Source: an uncultured archaeon (GTDB lineage Archaea; Asgardarchaeota; Lokiarchaeia; Sigyniarchaeales; SOKP01). From it: a stretch of 64,000 nt of DNA. The stretch covers positions 14,336 to 78,335 of the forward strand of contig CAZDTP010000010.1 in the NCBI GenBank assembly GCA_964508365.1, written 5' to 3'. Of the stretch, positions 1 through 10,399 are shown in pieces; the stretch's first letter is position 1; each line of letters starts with the position of its first letter. The notes under the pieces are model-generated. The model was not told the DNA's origin, searched no databases, and was given only the letters and a program-made list of their open reading frames with translations. A program made the translations under genes and the position numbers.

Positions 1-1
1 A

Positions 2-1057
2 ACTAATCTAATAGGAAAGACTAAATCTAAGTTTATTGCAACAGGAATAAAATCAGGAAAAAAACTCTATGGTTTTAATTTTAAAGGTTTCAAAGGTATT
101 TTTGGAAAGGAGCTCATGGAGGATTATAGGTTTGGCACCGAAGTAAGTAGTAAGGTCAAAGTTATATCAGGTTTAAAGGGGATAATTCATTCTGACGAAA
201 TTTTAGAGAAATATAACTTATCTAAGGAAGATGTTAAAAAAGTTCAGAATAAATTGAATTCGAAAGATAACGATTGTTTTGTTTTAGTTCTGGGATCTGT
301 TAAAGAACTTAATAAAGCAACAGAAATTATCATTAATCGAATCAAATATGTTTTTAAAGGCGTTCCGCCTGAAACTAGAAAAGCACTTGATAATGGAAAC
401 ACGGAATTCTTGAGAGAATTACATGGTGGAGCTAGATTGTACCCGGATACAGATTCACAAGCTATAATGAATACCGCGGAAGAAATCAAGGATATTCAAA
501 ATAGTTTACCTAATTATCCTTGGGATATAATTGATGATTATGCTAATAAGTACCAAGTTGAACAAAGTTCGATTAAAGACTTAATATTTAAAGGGAAGTT
601 AACGCTATTTGATCGTTTAATTGAAATTTATCCCGCGAAACCGTCAATCGTCTTAAATACATTGCTAAACAAAGCAAAAGCAATCAAGCGGGAAGGTAAA
701 AAAATAGAAAATATATCTAATGAAGATTATGAAAAAATCTTCCTAGAATTGAAAAATGAGAGAATTGGAAAGGAAGCTATCGAGGAAATAATGAGAATAA
801 AAGCAGATTCTCCAAATCTCACTATTGAACAATTAATCGAAAATCTTCACCTTGAAAGTCTCTCATTTGAAGATTTAAAAATAATCATAAAGGGAATAGT
901 AAATAACAACTTAAAAATCATAAAAGAAAGAGGAATGAGATCCATAGGACCACTAATGGGAGAAGTCATGAAATCAGTACGGGGAAAAATAGATGGTGAG
1001 ATCGTATCTAAAGAGTTGAAAATACAGATATCGAATAAATTAAAGGAGATGAAATAA
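2..1057 (+). CDS. gatE: Glu-tRNA(Gln) amidotransferase subunit E, 5'-truncated by the window edge
   Basis: The frame is open from position 2 (TNLIGKTKSK...GFKGIFGKELMEDYRFGTE). It contains GVPPETRKA, HGGARLYPDTD and a C-terminal Yqey-like tail (IGPLMGEVMKSVRGKIDG), and abuts gatD. Confidence 0.95.
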   Translation, partial: TNLIGKTKSKFIATGIKSGKKLYGFNFKGFKGIFGKELMEDYRFGTEVSSKVKVISGLKGIIHSDEILEKYNLSKEDVKKVQNKLNSKDNDCFVLVLGSVKELNKATEIIINRIKYVFKGVPPETRKALDNGNTEFLRELHGGARLYPDTDSQAIMNTAEEIKDIQNSLPNYPWDIIDDYANKYQVEQSSIKDLIFKGKLTLFDRLIEIYPAKPSIVLNTLLNKAKAIKREGKKIENISNEDYEKIFLELKNERIGKEAIEEIMRIKADSPNLTIEQLIENLHLESLSFEDLKIIIKGIVNNNLKIIKERGMRSIGPLMGEVMKSVRGKIDGEIVSKELKIQISNKLKEMK

Positions 1058-2416
1058 ATGGAAGATAAACTAAAAGGATATAAAGGCAAATCTATAGATG
1101 TTTTAAAGAAATATGCAATAGATATATGGGATATCATTCAAATCACTACAAATAAAACGCAATTAGAAGGAATAGTAATGCCAAGAAGCGAATTCTCTGC
1201 TCCTGATTTTATAGAAATAAAATTGGAAAACAACTACAATGTTGGAATAAATGTCTCTGATATACAAAGCATAAAAAAAATTGGAAAACGAGAAGCAAAT
1301 TACAAATTTCCGGAAAAAGAATTTCCATATAATAAAAATTTGCCTAAGCTTCAATTATTAGGAACTGGAGGAACGGTTGCTTCAAGATTAGATTATACGA
1401 CTGGGGCGGTGATACCTTCTTTTACCCCTAGTGAGTTATTTAGCTCCGTCCCTGAATTAGCAGAAATTTGTAATCTTGATTGCGAAGTAGTTTTCGAGAT
1501 ATTATCAGAAAATATGAAATTTGAATATTGGCAAAAATTAGCAGAAAAAGTTAAACATGCCATAGATTCTGGTTTTGAAGGGGTAATTATAGGTCATGGA
1601 ACGGATACTATGACCTTTACTAGCGCCGCTTTATCTTTCATGTTAAAAGATTTATCCATTCCAGTTGTGTTAACAGGGAGTCAAAGAAGCTCCGATCGCC
1701 CTTCTTCTGATGCTGCTTTAAACTTGATAAACGCTGCTACAGTAGCTACTTCTGATATAGCTGAGGTTGTAGTAACTATGCTAGGTTCTCCTTCACACGA
1801 TTATGGATTAATTCATAGGGGAACGCTAGTAAGAAAAATGCATTCCTCAGTAAGAGATACTTTTCGTACTATCGATGATATACCGTTAGGAATGGTGAAG
1901 GACAGGAAGATTAAAACATTTAAAAATAATTACAGAAAACGAAATCGATCTGAAACTACAATCAAAACGAATTTTGAGAGGAAAATAGCTCTTATTTATT
2001 CATATCCTGGAATGGAAAATGAACAAATTGAATTTTATATAGATAAGGGTTATAAAGGTATAGTATTTGCTGGAACTGGTCTTGGTCATGTGAGTACCTT
2101 TATCTATGATTCCATAGAAAGAGCAATACAAGAAAATATAACGATTCTCATGACTACACAGACAATTCATGGTTTTGTTGGAATGAATGTCTATTCTACA
2201 GGAAGAGAACTTCAAAATTTTGGTGTCATCCCTGGAAGAAATCTATTACCTGAAGTTGGATATGTTAAATTAGGATGGGTGCTAGGGCAGACTAGTGATT
2301 CAAAAGAAATTAAAAATTTATTATTGACTAATATTGCAGGTGAATTTATAGAAAGAGAAATTCCAATTGCATTTAACTATAATATTGATGAGCTTTTAAG
2401 AAATAATAAACTCTAA
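1058..2416 (+). CDS. gatD: Glu-tRNA(Gln) amidotransferase subunit D
   Basis: N-terminal KLENNYNVG domain plus asparaginase motifs GTGGTVASRLDYTTGAV, HGTDTM and GSQRSSDRPSSD. Confidence 0.97.
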   Translation: MEDKLKGYKGKSIDVLKKYAIDIWDIIQITTNKTQLEGIVMPRSEFSAPDFIEIKLENNYNVGINVSDIQSIKKIGKREANYKFPEKEFPYNKNLPKLQLLGTGGTVASRLDYTTGAVIPSFTPSELFSSVPELAEICNLDCEVVFEILSENMKFEYWQKLAEKVKHAIDSGFEGVIIGHGTDTMTFTSAALSFMLKDLSIPVVLTGSQRSSDRPSSDAALNLINAATVATSDIAEVVVTMLGSPSHDYGLIHRGTLVRKMHSSVRDTFRTIDDIPLGMVKDRKIKTFKNNYRKRNRSETTIKTNFERKIALIYSYPGMENEQIEFYIDKGYKGIVFAGTGLGHVSTFIYDSIERAIQENITILMTTQTIHGFVGMNVYSTGRELQNFGVIPGRNLLPEVGYVKLGWVLGQTSDSKEIKNLLLTNIAGEFIEREIPIAFNYNIDELLRNNKL

Positions 2417-2524
2417 TCTAATTCTATATTTTAGTCTTGAGAATTAATAAATTCTATCTAAAATAATAAAAAATTTATACTTTTATTAATTAATTTATAC
2501 TAATTCGATATACAAGTGATCTTT

Positions 2525-3253
2525 ATGGGTAAGCGTATACTAGCTCAAAGAAAAGGATATGGCCATTTATGGGCGCGATCTCCAAGTCATCGACATGTAG
2601 GAGAGGTAAAATATCGTCCCTTCAAGAAAGATGAAAAATTGTTAAAATTTAAAGTGATTGAATTCGTTCACGCTCCAGGTAGAGGTGCTCCAATAGCTAA
2701 AATTAGGTACGAAGATGGGGAAAAAAGTTTATGGTTACCTCCAGAAGGAATATATGAAGGACAAGAATTTATCCAATCAAAAACGGGATACGGGCAAGAA
2801 GTAAAAGTCGGAAATATCCTACCTGTTAAAAAAATGCCAATAGGAACGCTTGTATTCAACATCGAAGGTTCTCCACAAGATGGAGGCAAATTCGCGAGAG
2901 CATCTGGAGTTGCTGCTATCGTTAGAAACAAATCTGGAAATAATATTGAATTATTATTTCGATCAAAAAAAACTAAATGGTTTAATGAAAATTGCCTTTG
3001 CACGGTAGGAGTAGTTGCAGGTGGAGGTAGAGTAGATAAACCTTTCCTGAAAGCAGGAAACGCACACCACGCCTACCGCTCTAAAGCAAAAAAATGGCCG
3101 GTGGTGAGAGGAGTTACTATGAATGCCGCAAGTCACCCATATGGCGGTGGAGCAAAGCAGTCACCTCATAAACCTACGACCACATCCCGCAACGCCCCTC
3201 CTGGTAGAAAGGTTGGGCAGATAGCTGCAAGAAGAACAGGACATCAAAACTAA
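2525..3253 (+). CDS. rpl2: 50S ribosomal protein uL2
   Basis: MGKRILAQRKG, HAPGRGAP, DGGKFARASG, WPVVRGVTMNAASHPYGGG, RNAPPGRKVG. ATG at 2525 is preferred over GTG 2516 because AAGTGA upstream looks like the SD. Confidence 0.97.
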   Translation: MGKRILAQRKGYGHLWARSPSHRHVGEVKYRPFKKDEKLLKFKVIEFVHAPGRGAPIAKIRYEDGEKSLWLPPEGIYEGQEFIQSKTGYGQEVKVGNILPVKKMPIGTLVFNIEGSPQDGGKFARASGVAAIVRNKSGNNIELLFRSKKTKWFNENCLCTVGVVAGGGRVDKPFLKAGNAHHAYRSKAKKWPVVRGVTMNAASHPYGGGAKQSPHKPTTTSRNAPPGRKVGQIAARRTGHQN

Positions 3254-3508
3254 AAGTATTATAAAAAGAAGTCTTTCTTTTCTTGGGTAAGGAATTTTTT
3301 AAAAAATGTTAAACTTCGCGTTGTCTTAGGTTTAAAATTAAAGGATGATGTCTTTAAAAGTGTTGAAGAAAAGTTCGATCGTTTCCCTGAAGTAAAAGAC
3401 ACAAAAGATATGAAGGAAGTTGCAGATTATGTCTTACAGATTTTATATGCGTCAGGATTTTGGGATAAAAAAGAGATCTATAATACATTAAAAGCTCACC
3501 TTTTATGA
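3254..3508 (+). pseudogene. Start-less open frame (about 84 codons) directly after the rpl2 stop; possible gene remnant
   Basis: Manual translation: KYYKKKSFFSWVRNFLKNVKLRVVLGLKLKDDVFKSVEEKFDRFPEVKDTKDMKEVADYVLQILYASGFWDKKEIYNTLKAHLL*. It is protein-like, with no canonical start before the internal M. Confidence 0.3.
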
Positions 3509-3630
3509 GCATATTTAAACATCTGTTAATTAATTTACAACTCAAGCGGAATCTTCTATAAGAATTACTTAAATATAAATAAGTATTATTATTTCTCTTT
3601 CTATATTGTAAACAATCATGGTAGAGATAA

Positions 3631-3930
3631 ATGAGTTTATATGAAAGTGGCTATTTTTTTGAAGACCGGTCCCATTTTGGGCTGACAGGCAACTATTACG
3701 AGACCATCTCTCTTATTAATAATGCATTGGTATTTTTTGGAAAGGACGATCTTCAAGTTAAGATTTTTTTAGAATATATTAAAGAAATTGAGTCGAGGAA
3801 GTGTTTAGTACATATAACGCAAAAAGATGATAAAATTTGGACATTTTTTATTTCTCCAAAGAGTAGCAATTTAACAATTAGTCAGATCTCAGAATGTAGA
3901 AGAAGGCACAAAGCATGGGAAATATGCTAA
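3631..3930 (+). CDS. Hypothetical protein (3' end possibly frameshifted)
   Basis: 99-aa ORF with an upstream purine-rich ggtagag; no recognised motif. Confidence 0.45.
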   Translation: MSLYESGYFFEDRSHFGLTGNYYETISLINNALVFFGKDDLQVKIFLEYIKEIESRKCLVHITQKDDKIWTFFISPKSSNLTISQISECRRRHKAWEIC

Positions 3931-4174
3931 AATATTTGATTAAAGATTTAAAGCAAAAATAAAATACTCCTTTTTTATGCAAATATCTATAGATGGAAAC
4001 TTCTTTTTCCATAATATTCTATGTTTAAAATATTCTATTTATTTTTATTTACTTGATGTGCTTATCTAAAAATAGTTCGATATATGTGGTCTATAAAAAA
4101 TTCGATTCATGGAGATTTGTTAAGATGCAAGTTTTTTATTTATGTTTGGATTTAATTTAATGGAGGAATTAAAT

Positions 4175-4669
4175 ATGAAGCCATTTCATGAATATATGAA
4201 TGAATATAGAAAACAAATGGAGAAAGGAGACATCAAAAAGGCATATAAAGGATTGATGGAATATATTATGGAATTGAGGTTGTATTTTAAAAATAAATAT
4301 CCTGATTATTTCGTATCTGGGAGTATTTATCATGGATATATGGACATGTCGTATTTTTCCTTCTTCCCAGAGTCATTAAAAATTCGAAAATTGAAAGTTG
4401 CGATAGTTTTTATTCATGACACATTTAGATTTGAAGTTTGGTTAGTAGGATATAATAAACGGGTTCAAACAAAATACTGGAAATTGTTTAAAGAAAGTGA
4501 TTGGAATAAATACCGCATTCCATCAACGACAAAAGGCGTTGATTCTATTATAGAGTATTCTTTAGTTGAAAACCCAGATTTTAGTGATTTAGATACGTTA
4601 AAAAAGCAAATAGAGAGCGGGACATTGAAATTTATTAAGGATATTGAGGACTTCTTATCTAAACATTAA
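4175..4669 (+). CDS. Conserved hypothetical protein (resembles a bacterial DUF7000-type family, from memory)
   Basis: GGAGGA SD before ATG 4175; well-formed 164-aa protein with GYMDMSYFSF and FEVWLVGYNK segments. Confidence 0.7.
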   Translation: MKPFHEYMNEYRKQMEKGDIKKAYKGLMEYIMELRLYFKNKYPDYFVSGSIYHGYMDMSYFSFFPESLKIRKLKVAIVFIHDTFRFEVWLVGYNKRVQTKYWKLFKESDWNKYRIPSTTKGVDSIIEYSLVENPDFSDLDTLKKQIESGTLKFIKDIEDFLSKH

Positions 4670-4742
4670 AATTAACTCTGATAATCTCATATTAAAAGAA
4701 TTATTCCACGCGCACCATATAAGGATATTCTCTTGTTCATAG

Positions 4743-5051
4743 TTAGTAAAATCCCCTTAAACAATAGGTTATAAATAGGATAGCTAGAAAAACTAGAAGT
4801 AAAAAAAAAAAGACCAAGTTGAGTTTCATTAACTTCAACTCTTCTTCTTTCCGGGTGTTACTTCGAGTATACAAAGCGCTGATACGATACAGATACCTGC
4901 AGGGATGAAACTTATCCCCCAATTTTCTTGTTGGAAAAATTCTCTTATTGAGCTTTATGAACATTGGATCGTAAGGATTTTCATTAGTATTGCTTTTAGC
5001 GAAATATTTGCTTTTTAATAACAATTTAAAAAAAGTATAATATTTGATCAT
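4743..5051 (-). CDS. Doubtful ORF with a hydrophobic C-terminus
   Basis: 102-aa ORF whose TM-like tail is partly encoded by an 11-nt T run; overlapping open frames exist on both strands. Confidence 0.2.
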   Translation of the reverse strand: MIKYYTFFKLLLKSKYFAKSNTNENPYDPMFIKLNKRIFPTRKLGDKFHPCRYLYRISALYTRSNTRKEEELKLMKLNLVFFFLLLVFLAILFITYCLRGFY

Positions 5052-5093
5052 AGATTATTTCAATTATAGAGATGATAAAAGAGTTAGATAGCT

Positions 5094-6452
5094 ATGGATC
5101 ATAAATTTGTCAATCCCGTTGAAACTCGTTATCGAACTGAAATAGCAGACATCTTTACTGAAGAAAAAAAATTAGACAACTGGTTAAAAGTTGAAGCTGT
5201 ATTAGCTAAAGCTCACGCTAAATTAGGGAACATTCCTCAAGATGCAGCGGATGAGATATTTAAAAAAGCTAATTTACATTATGTAAATTTAAATCGTGTC
5301 AAAGAAATAGATAGAGAAATACATCATGATTTAATGGCTATGGTAAAAGCTTTATCTGAACAATGCGAGGGAGATGCTGGAAAATACATTCATTTAGGTG
5401 CAACCAGCTATGATATTGAAGACACAGCAACAGCACTTCAATTAAAAGAAGCGATTTCGCACATTATAAACTCTTTAAAGAAACTAATTATAGCCTTAAT
5501 TAAAGTAATTGATGATAAAAAAAACCTCGTTTGTATAGGAAGAACTCACGGACAACATGCTATTCCAACAACATATGGGATGAGATTTGGTGTATGGGCA
5601 TATGAATTAGATAGGCATATAGATAGATTAAAAGAAACGCTTAATCGGATCACATTCGGAAAAATGTCTGGTGCAGTGGGAACTATGGCAAGCTTTGGAG
5701 AAAAAGGTATTGAAATACAAAAATTAGTAACTAAAGAGCTCGATTTACATTCGCCGTTAATAGCAAACCAAATAATTCAAAGAGATCGTCACGCTGAGGT
5801 GATTTTTATAACAACATTAATAGGGCAATCTCTTGCTAAAATTTCAAGGCAAATTAGAATACTTCAAAGGAATGAAATAGCTGAAATGTTTGAACCTTTT
5901 GAGAAGAGTCAAGTTGGCAGTTCGACAATGCCCCACAAAAGAAATCCTCATAAATCTGAGAGAATCTGTAGTTTAGCCCGATTGTTGAAGTCTAACATAA
6001 TTCCCGCTTTAGATAATATAATTTTAGAAGATGAGAGAGATTTAACGAATTCTGCGAATGAAAGAATAATTTTCTCGGAGAACTTCATACTTTTAGACTT
6101 TATGATAAATCAATTAACGGATATTATCCTAGGGGTCGAATTTGACGAATTTAAAATAGAAGAAAATTTAAATCTTACTAAAGGAGCGATTCTCTCCGAA
6201 AAAGTTATGGTTAATCTGGTTAAAAAAGGTATCGGTAGACAAGAAGGACATGAAATTTTAAGGAAGGCAGCTATTAAAGCAAAAAAAGAAAATATATTAA
6301 TTAAAGAAATTTTATATAAAAATCCAAAAATTCAAGAACTCCTTTCTAAAAACGAGATTGATGAATTATTAGATCCTCATAAGTACATAGGGAAAGCTCT
6401 TGAACAAACAGAAAATCTTCTAAATGTTCTTAAAAATAAATACGCGTTATAA
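5094..6452 (+). CDS. purB: Adenylosuccinate lyase
   Basis: HLGATSYDI, GRTHGQHAIPTT, signature GSSTMPHKRNP. Confidence 0.96.
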   Translation: MDHKFVNPVETRYRTEIADIFTEEKKLDNWLKVEAVLAKAHAKLGNIPQDAADEIFKKANLHYVNLNRVKEIDREIHHDLMAMVKALSEQCEGDAGKYIHLGATSYDIEDTATALQLKEAISHIINSLKKLIIALIKVIDDKKNLVCIGRTHGQHAIPTTYGMRFGVWAYELDRHIDRLKETLNRITFGKMSGAVGTMASFGEKGIEIQKLVTKELDLHSPLIANQIIQRDRHAEVIFITTLIGQSLAKISRQIRILQRNEIAEMFEPFEKSQVGSSTMPHKRNPHKSERICSLARLLKSNIIPALDNIILEDERDLTNSANERIIFSENFILLDFMINQLTDIILGVEFDEFKIEENLNLTKGAILSEKVMVNLVKKGIGRQEGHEILRKAAIKAKKENILIKEILYKNPKIQELLSKNEIDELLDPHKYIGKALEQTENLLNVLKNKYAL

Positions 6453-6454
6453 AA

Positions 6455-7651
6455 ATGTCTAACCATAAAGATATTTATTCTCGATTAGGTGTTTCTTCTA
6501 AAAAGGAAGACGTCCATAAAGCAATACGACTTTTTGATAAAGGATTATACCCCGGATCTTTTTGTAAAATCGTTCAAGATGTGAGAAAAAAAGCGGATAC
6601 TTGTTCAGTTTTTCATTCCGATGGAGCGGGGACTAAATCTAGCCTCGCTTATATGTATTATAAAGAATTAAAAGACATCTCCGTTTTTAGTGGAATTGTA
6701 CAAGACGCAATTGTTATGAATATTGACGATATGCTCTGCGTTGGGGCAACGGGTGATTACTTCATTTCCAATAATATCGGTCGAAATAGCAGGTACATTG
6801 ATGGCGAGATTATTAATGCCATAATCCAAGAATACTATTCCTATAGTAAAAAGTTGTCTGAATTGGGTTTAAATACTGTGGTATGTGGTGGTGAAACCGC
6901 TGATGTCGGAGATGTCGTAAAAACTCTTATAATCGACGCATCAGCTTTCACTAGTTTAAAGAAAAAAGATGTTATTGATTTAAGCAAAATTTCCAGTAAC
7001 GATGTAATCATCGGTTTAGCTAGCTCTGGAAAAGCAACATATGAAGAAGAATTTAATAGCGGTATAGGTAGTAACGGTTTAACGCTTGCTCGACATGGAG
7101 TTCTATCGCACGAATATTACTCGAAATATCCTGAGTGTTATGACCAATCTCTTGAAGAACAATTAGTTTTTTTCGGAAATCACTTACTTTCTGATAAAAT
7201 TAAAGATTCAAATCTAACAATAGGAAAAGCACTTTTGTCTCCAACTAGAACTTATGCTCCAATAATCTTAGATGTACTAAGAAACCATCGGAAAGAAATT
7301 CACGGAATAATCCACAACACGGGAGGAGGTCAAACAAAAATCTTGAACTATGGTAAAGGAATTAAATACATAAAAAACAATCTGTTTCAAATACCTAAAA
7401 TATTTGAAATTATTCAAAGCTCTTCAGAAACTCAATGGAAAGAGATGTTCCAGGTGTTTAATATGGGTCATAGGATGGAAATTTTTTGTGATGAAACTAC
7501 AGCTCAAGATATAATCAAAATCAGCAAAAAATACAATGTAGAGTCGAAAATTATCGGTTACTGTCAAAATTCACCATCAAAACACCAGAATTTACTCGAA
7601 ATAAAGTCTGAATTTGGATCATTTAATTACAATCAAAAAGACATAATTTAG
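6455..7651 (+). CDS. purM: Phosphoribosylformylglycinamidine cyclo-ligase (AIR synthase), long type
   Basis: GVSSKKEDVH, DGAGTKS, GGETADVGD, GIGSNGLTLARH, FNMGHRM; follows purB. Confidence 0.9.
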   Translation: MSNHKDIYSRLGVSSKKEDVHKAIRLFDKGLYPGSFCKIVQDVRKKADTCSVFHSDGAGTKSSLAYMYYKELKDISVFSGIVQDAIVMNIDDMLCVGATGDYFISNNIGRNSRYIDGEIINAIIQEYYSYSKKLSELGLNTVVCGGETADVGDVVKTLIIDASAFTSLKKKDVIDLSKISSNDVIIGLASSGKATYEEEFNSGIGSNGLTLARHGVLSHEYYSKYPECYDQSLEEQLVFFGNHLLSDKIKDSNLTIGKALLSPTRTYAPIILDVLRNHRKEIHGIIHNTGGGQTKILNYGKGIKYIKNNLFQIPKIFEIIQSSSETQWKEMFQVFNMGHRMEIFCDETTAQDIIKISKKYNVESKIIGYCQNSPSKHQNLLEIKSEFGSFNYNQKDII

Positions 7652-7658
7652 GATTGAA

Positions 7659-8633
7659 GTGGTTAATATATTCGATGTAATTTGTATTGGGGCTGCACTT
7701 GTTGACATGATAGCTCAAGTAGTAAGACATCCATTTGATGATGACGAAGTATTTGTATCAGACTTAACAATATTATCTGGTGGGGCTGCAGCGAATACTG
7801 CTTACGCTTGTGGGAAAATGGGCTTATCAGTAGCTTTCATCGGAAAATTGGGGCAAAATGATATCTTCAGTAATAAAATAATTAATGATTTTAAAGAAGC
7901 ATCAGTTAAAACTAGGTTAATTAAATACTCAGATAGCTATAAAACAGGGTCTGCTTATGTCGCTTTAGATGAAAAGGGAGAAAGAAGGATATATGCTCAT
8001 AGTGGTGCCGCTAATTATCTATCTAAAAAAGATCTTTTAGAAGAAGAGATTGCAGCCACTAAATTAATCTTTTTAAGCAGCTTACAAAATATAGAACCCT
8101 TATTACACGCAGCAAAAATAGGTAGAAACCTTAATATCCCTGTGATTCTGAACCCAGGTATGTTGATCATAGACCAAGGTTTCGATTATATCAAAAACTT
8201 ATTAGAGAAAATCGACATATTAATAATCTCTCAGAGAGAATTCAGAACTCTTTTCAATTTCAAAGAAAATGATTTAAGTGAAGATTCGATTAGAGAAAGA
8301 TCAGTTTCATTGTTTGCTTTAGGAATGAAAGTTATTGTTATTACACTTGGCGAAAAAGGGGCATTCTTATTAACTACCACGCACGATGAGCTAATACAAC
8401 CGTTAAAATTAGAAAGAGTAATAGATACAACTGGAGCTGGTGACGCTTTTTCTGCAGGTTTCATTTATGGTTTAGTTAAAAATTTAAACCTAAAATTTGA
8501 ACACCTAAGAAATAATGTAAAAATTGGTAATTTTATAGCTGGCAATTGTATACAAAAATTAGGTGCGAGAAATGGAATTCCAAGGAGAAATGAATTAGAA
8601 ACTTTTTTGGGCATTCTAAATAAAAAAATTTAA
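7659..8633 (+). CDS. PfkB/ribokinase-family carbohydrate kinase
   Basis: GGAAANTAYACGKMG and DTTGAGDAFSAGF signatures. Confidence 0.92.
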   Translation: MVNIFDVICIGAALVDMIAQVVRHPFDDDEVFVSDLTILSGGAAANTAYACGKMGLSVAFIGKLGQNDIFSNKIINDFKEASVKTRLIKYSDSYKTGSAYVALDEKGERRIYAHSGAANYLSKKDLLEEEIAATKLIFLSSLQNIEPLLHAAKIGRNLNIPVILNPGMLIIDQGFDYIKNLLEKIDILIISQREFRTLFNFKENDLSEDSIRERSVSLFALGMKVIVITLGEKGAFLLTTTHDELIQPLKLERVIDTTGAGDAFSAGFIYGLVKNLNLKFEHLRNNVKIGNFIAGNCIQKLGARNGIPRRNELETFLGILNKKI

Positions 8634-8687
8634 AATATTTCGATATAACTATCTTTTATTCATAAAACATGTTGGTAAAGATAAATC

Positions 8688-9758
8688 ATGGTAAGACTTG
8701 AAAGTCCTCTAAAAACGATATTAAGGCAAAGATTTTATTATCTATTTGAAGTATTGATAATCTTTCTTGGTATTTTTATTTTCATGTTAATTCCTACTCT
8801 TCTGTTGCCATTTTTGATTGATAGCAATTCCGTGATTTTTGAACCTCTTTATTATTTATTAAGAGCAGCTTTTATAGTCGTTACCATACCTTTATTCCTT
8901 TATTTGGCTAATTTTATAATGGAAAAACAGAGAAAAACATTGATATTAGAGGAAGACATTAGTCCTTCAAGAAATTTTCTTAATCTGTTTAAAATAACAA
9001 AAAGTAATTTTAAATTTCAACTCTTATACGGTGTATTATTGCTTTTTTTAATTTTCATACCATTAGATTTCTTTACATATCTCTTCTCACCTGATATGCT
9101 CAATTTTGTATCCGAAGCTCTAGAACCTGCTGGGGAGTTCTCTTTAAATTCTTATTTCAACGAATCTTATTATATTTTTCTTTTATCAATTATTCTTATA
9201 CCTCTTAGTGTTGCTCTTTATGAGGAATCCTTAGTAAGAGGGCTCTTAACCAATAGAGGAAGCGATTATATTAATAGAATGTCTGCTGTAATATTACCAT
9301 CCTTTTTCTTTGGATTAGGACATTTTAGGTATATCTTTTCAAGACCCGTACTAGAATTTCCAATTATCTTTCCTATTATTTGGTTTCTACAAACCTTCCT
9401 TGTAGGCATCATTCTTGCGATGGTAGTATTAAGGAAACATTGGATATTTCCAGCGATTTTTGCACATACTCTAAATAATGTTATCTCCTCTCAATCAATT
9501 TGGAACTATATAAACGGTATTGATTTTTCGTTTATGACCTTCTATATTTACATTCCTTTATTGATAATAGGAATAATACTTTTTATTTGGCAATTTTCTA
9601 GAATTAGAGAGAGTTTAACAATAGGTTGGAAAGAATTTAAAAGTTATTTTGCCCGTGATGAAAATATCGGAGAAAATTCGTTAGAAACTGTTGTTAGAAT
9701 TATGATGGATTTTTTATTTGGACTAATAATTTTTTTAGTTGGAGTAATACTAATATAG
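8688..9758 (+). CDS. CPBP (CAAX/Abi) intramembrane metalloprotease
   Basis: Multiple TM helices; EESLVRG, FGLGH and AHTLNN motifs. Confidence 0.88.
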   Translation: MVRLESPLKTILRQRFYYLFEVLIIFLGIFIFMLIPTLLLPFLIDSNSVIFEPLYYLLRAAFIVVTIPLFLYLANFIMEKQRKTLILEEDISPSRNFLNLFKITKSNFKFQLLYGVLLLFLIFIPLDFFTYLFSPDMLNFVSEALEPAGEFSLNSYFNESYYIFLLSIILIPLSVALYEESLVRGLLTNRGSDYINRMSAVILPSFFFGLGHFRYIFSRPVLEFPIIFPIIWFLQTFLVGIILAMVVLRKHWIFPAIFAHTLNNVISSQSIWNYINGIDFSFMTFYIYIPLLIIGIILFIWQFSRIRESLTIGWKEFKSYFARDENIGENSLETVVRIMMDFLFGLIIFLVGVILI

Positions 9759-10300
9759 TGAGTATTAGAAAAGAAATGGCTAAATTTGGAATTATTTCTG
9801 ACACACATTTTACCATTAATGATAAAAATGAGTTATATTATAAATTATTGAATCAACTAGAAGAAACTTTCAAAGATGTTGATGAAATTATTCATGCTGG
9901 AGATGTTTGTGAATCATTTCTTCTTGACGATATGAAAAACATCGCTCCAGTCCGATGCGTACGAGGAGAGTCAGACAAAATAACGGGACTAGAGAATTTT
10001 ATAAAATTTGAAGTTGGTAAATACTCCCTCGGAATAATACACAAGAAACCTGAAAATACAGGAGCTTTTTTTAAAGAGCATAATATCCATATTCTTATTT
10101 TTGGGCATACCCATCAACCACTTATAAAAGGAACACCTTACAATACGCTTTTAATCAATCCGGGGAGCCCAACTAAACCTATAGCACCACTTCCTAAAAA
10201 AGGATTTGACAAACCCATTGCGAGACCAAGCGTTATTACCCTGAAGATTGATGATGATAATATTCTATCGACTTTTCTGATAAATCTGAATTTAAGATAA
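9758..10300 (+). CDS. YfcE/MJ0936-like metallophosphoesterase
   Basis: ISDTH, IIHAGD, GHTHQP and NPGS motifs; RGESD replaces the usual GNND. Confidence 0.88.
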   Translation: MSIRKEMAKFGIISDTHFTINDKNELYYKLLNQLEETFKDVDEIIHAGDVCESFLLDDMKNIAPVRCVRGESDKITGLENFIKFEVGKYSLGIIHKKPENTGAFFKEHNIHILIFGHTHQPLIKGTPYNTLLINPGSPTKPIAPLPKKGFDKPIARPSVITLKIDDDNILSTFLINLNLR

Positions 10301-10399
10301 AGTAAAATTAAATACTAAATAGTTCATAATATATATACATCTTGTAATAAGTTTTTTTTTATAAGTTGTTTTATAAAAGATTTTAAGGGAGTATTAACT

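Noticed and set aside
4743-5051. Possible TGA-recoded or membrane-protein ORFs
   Set aside because: Several short competing frames, no motif and no SECIS-like hairpin seen; the hydrophobic tail derives from a homopolymer run.
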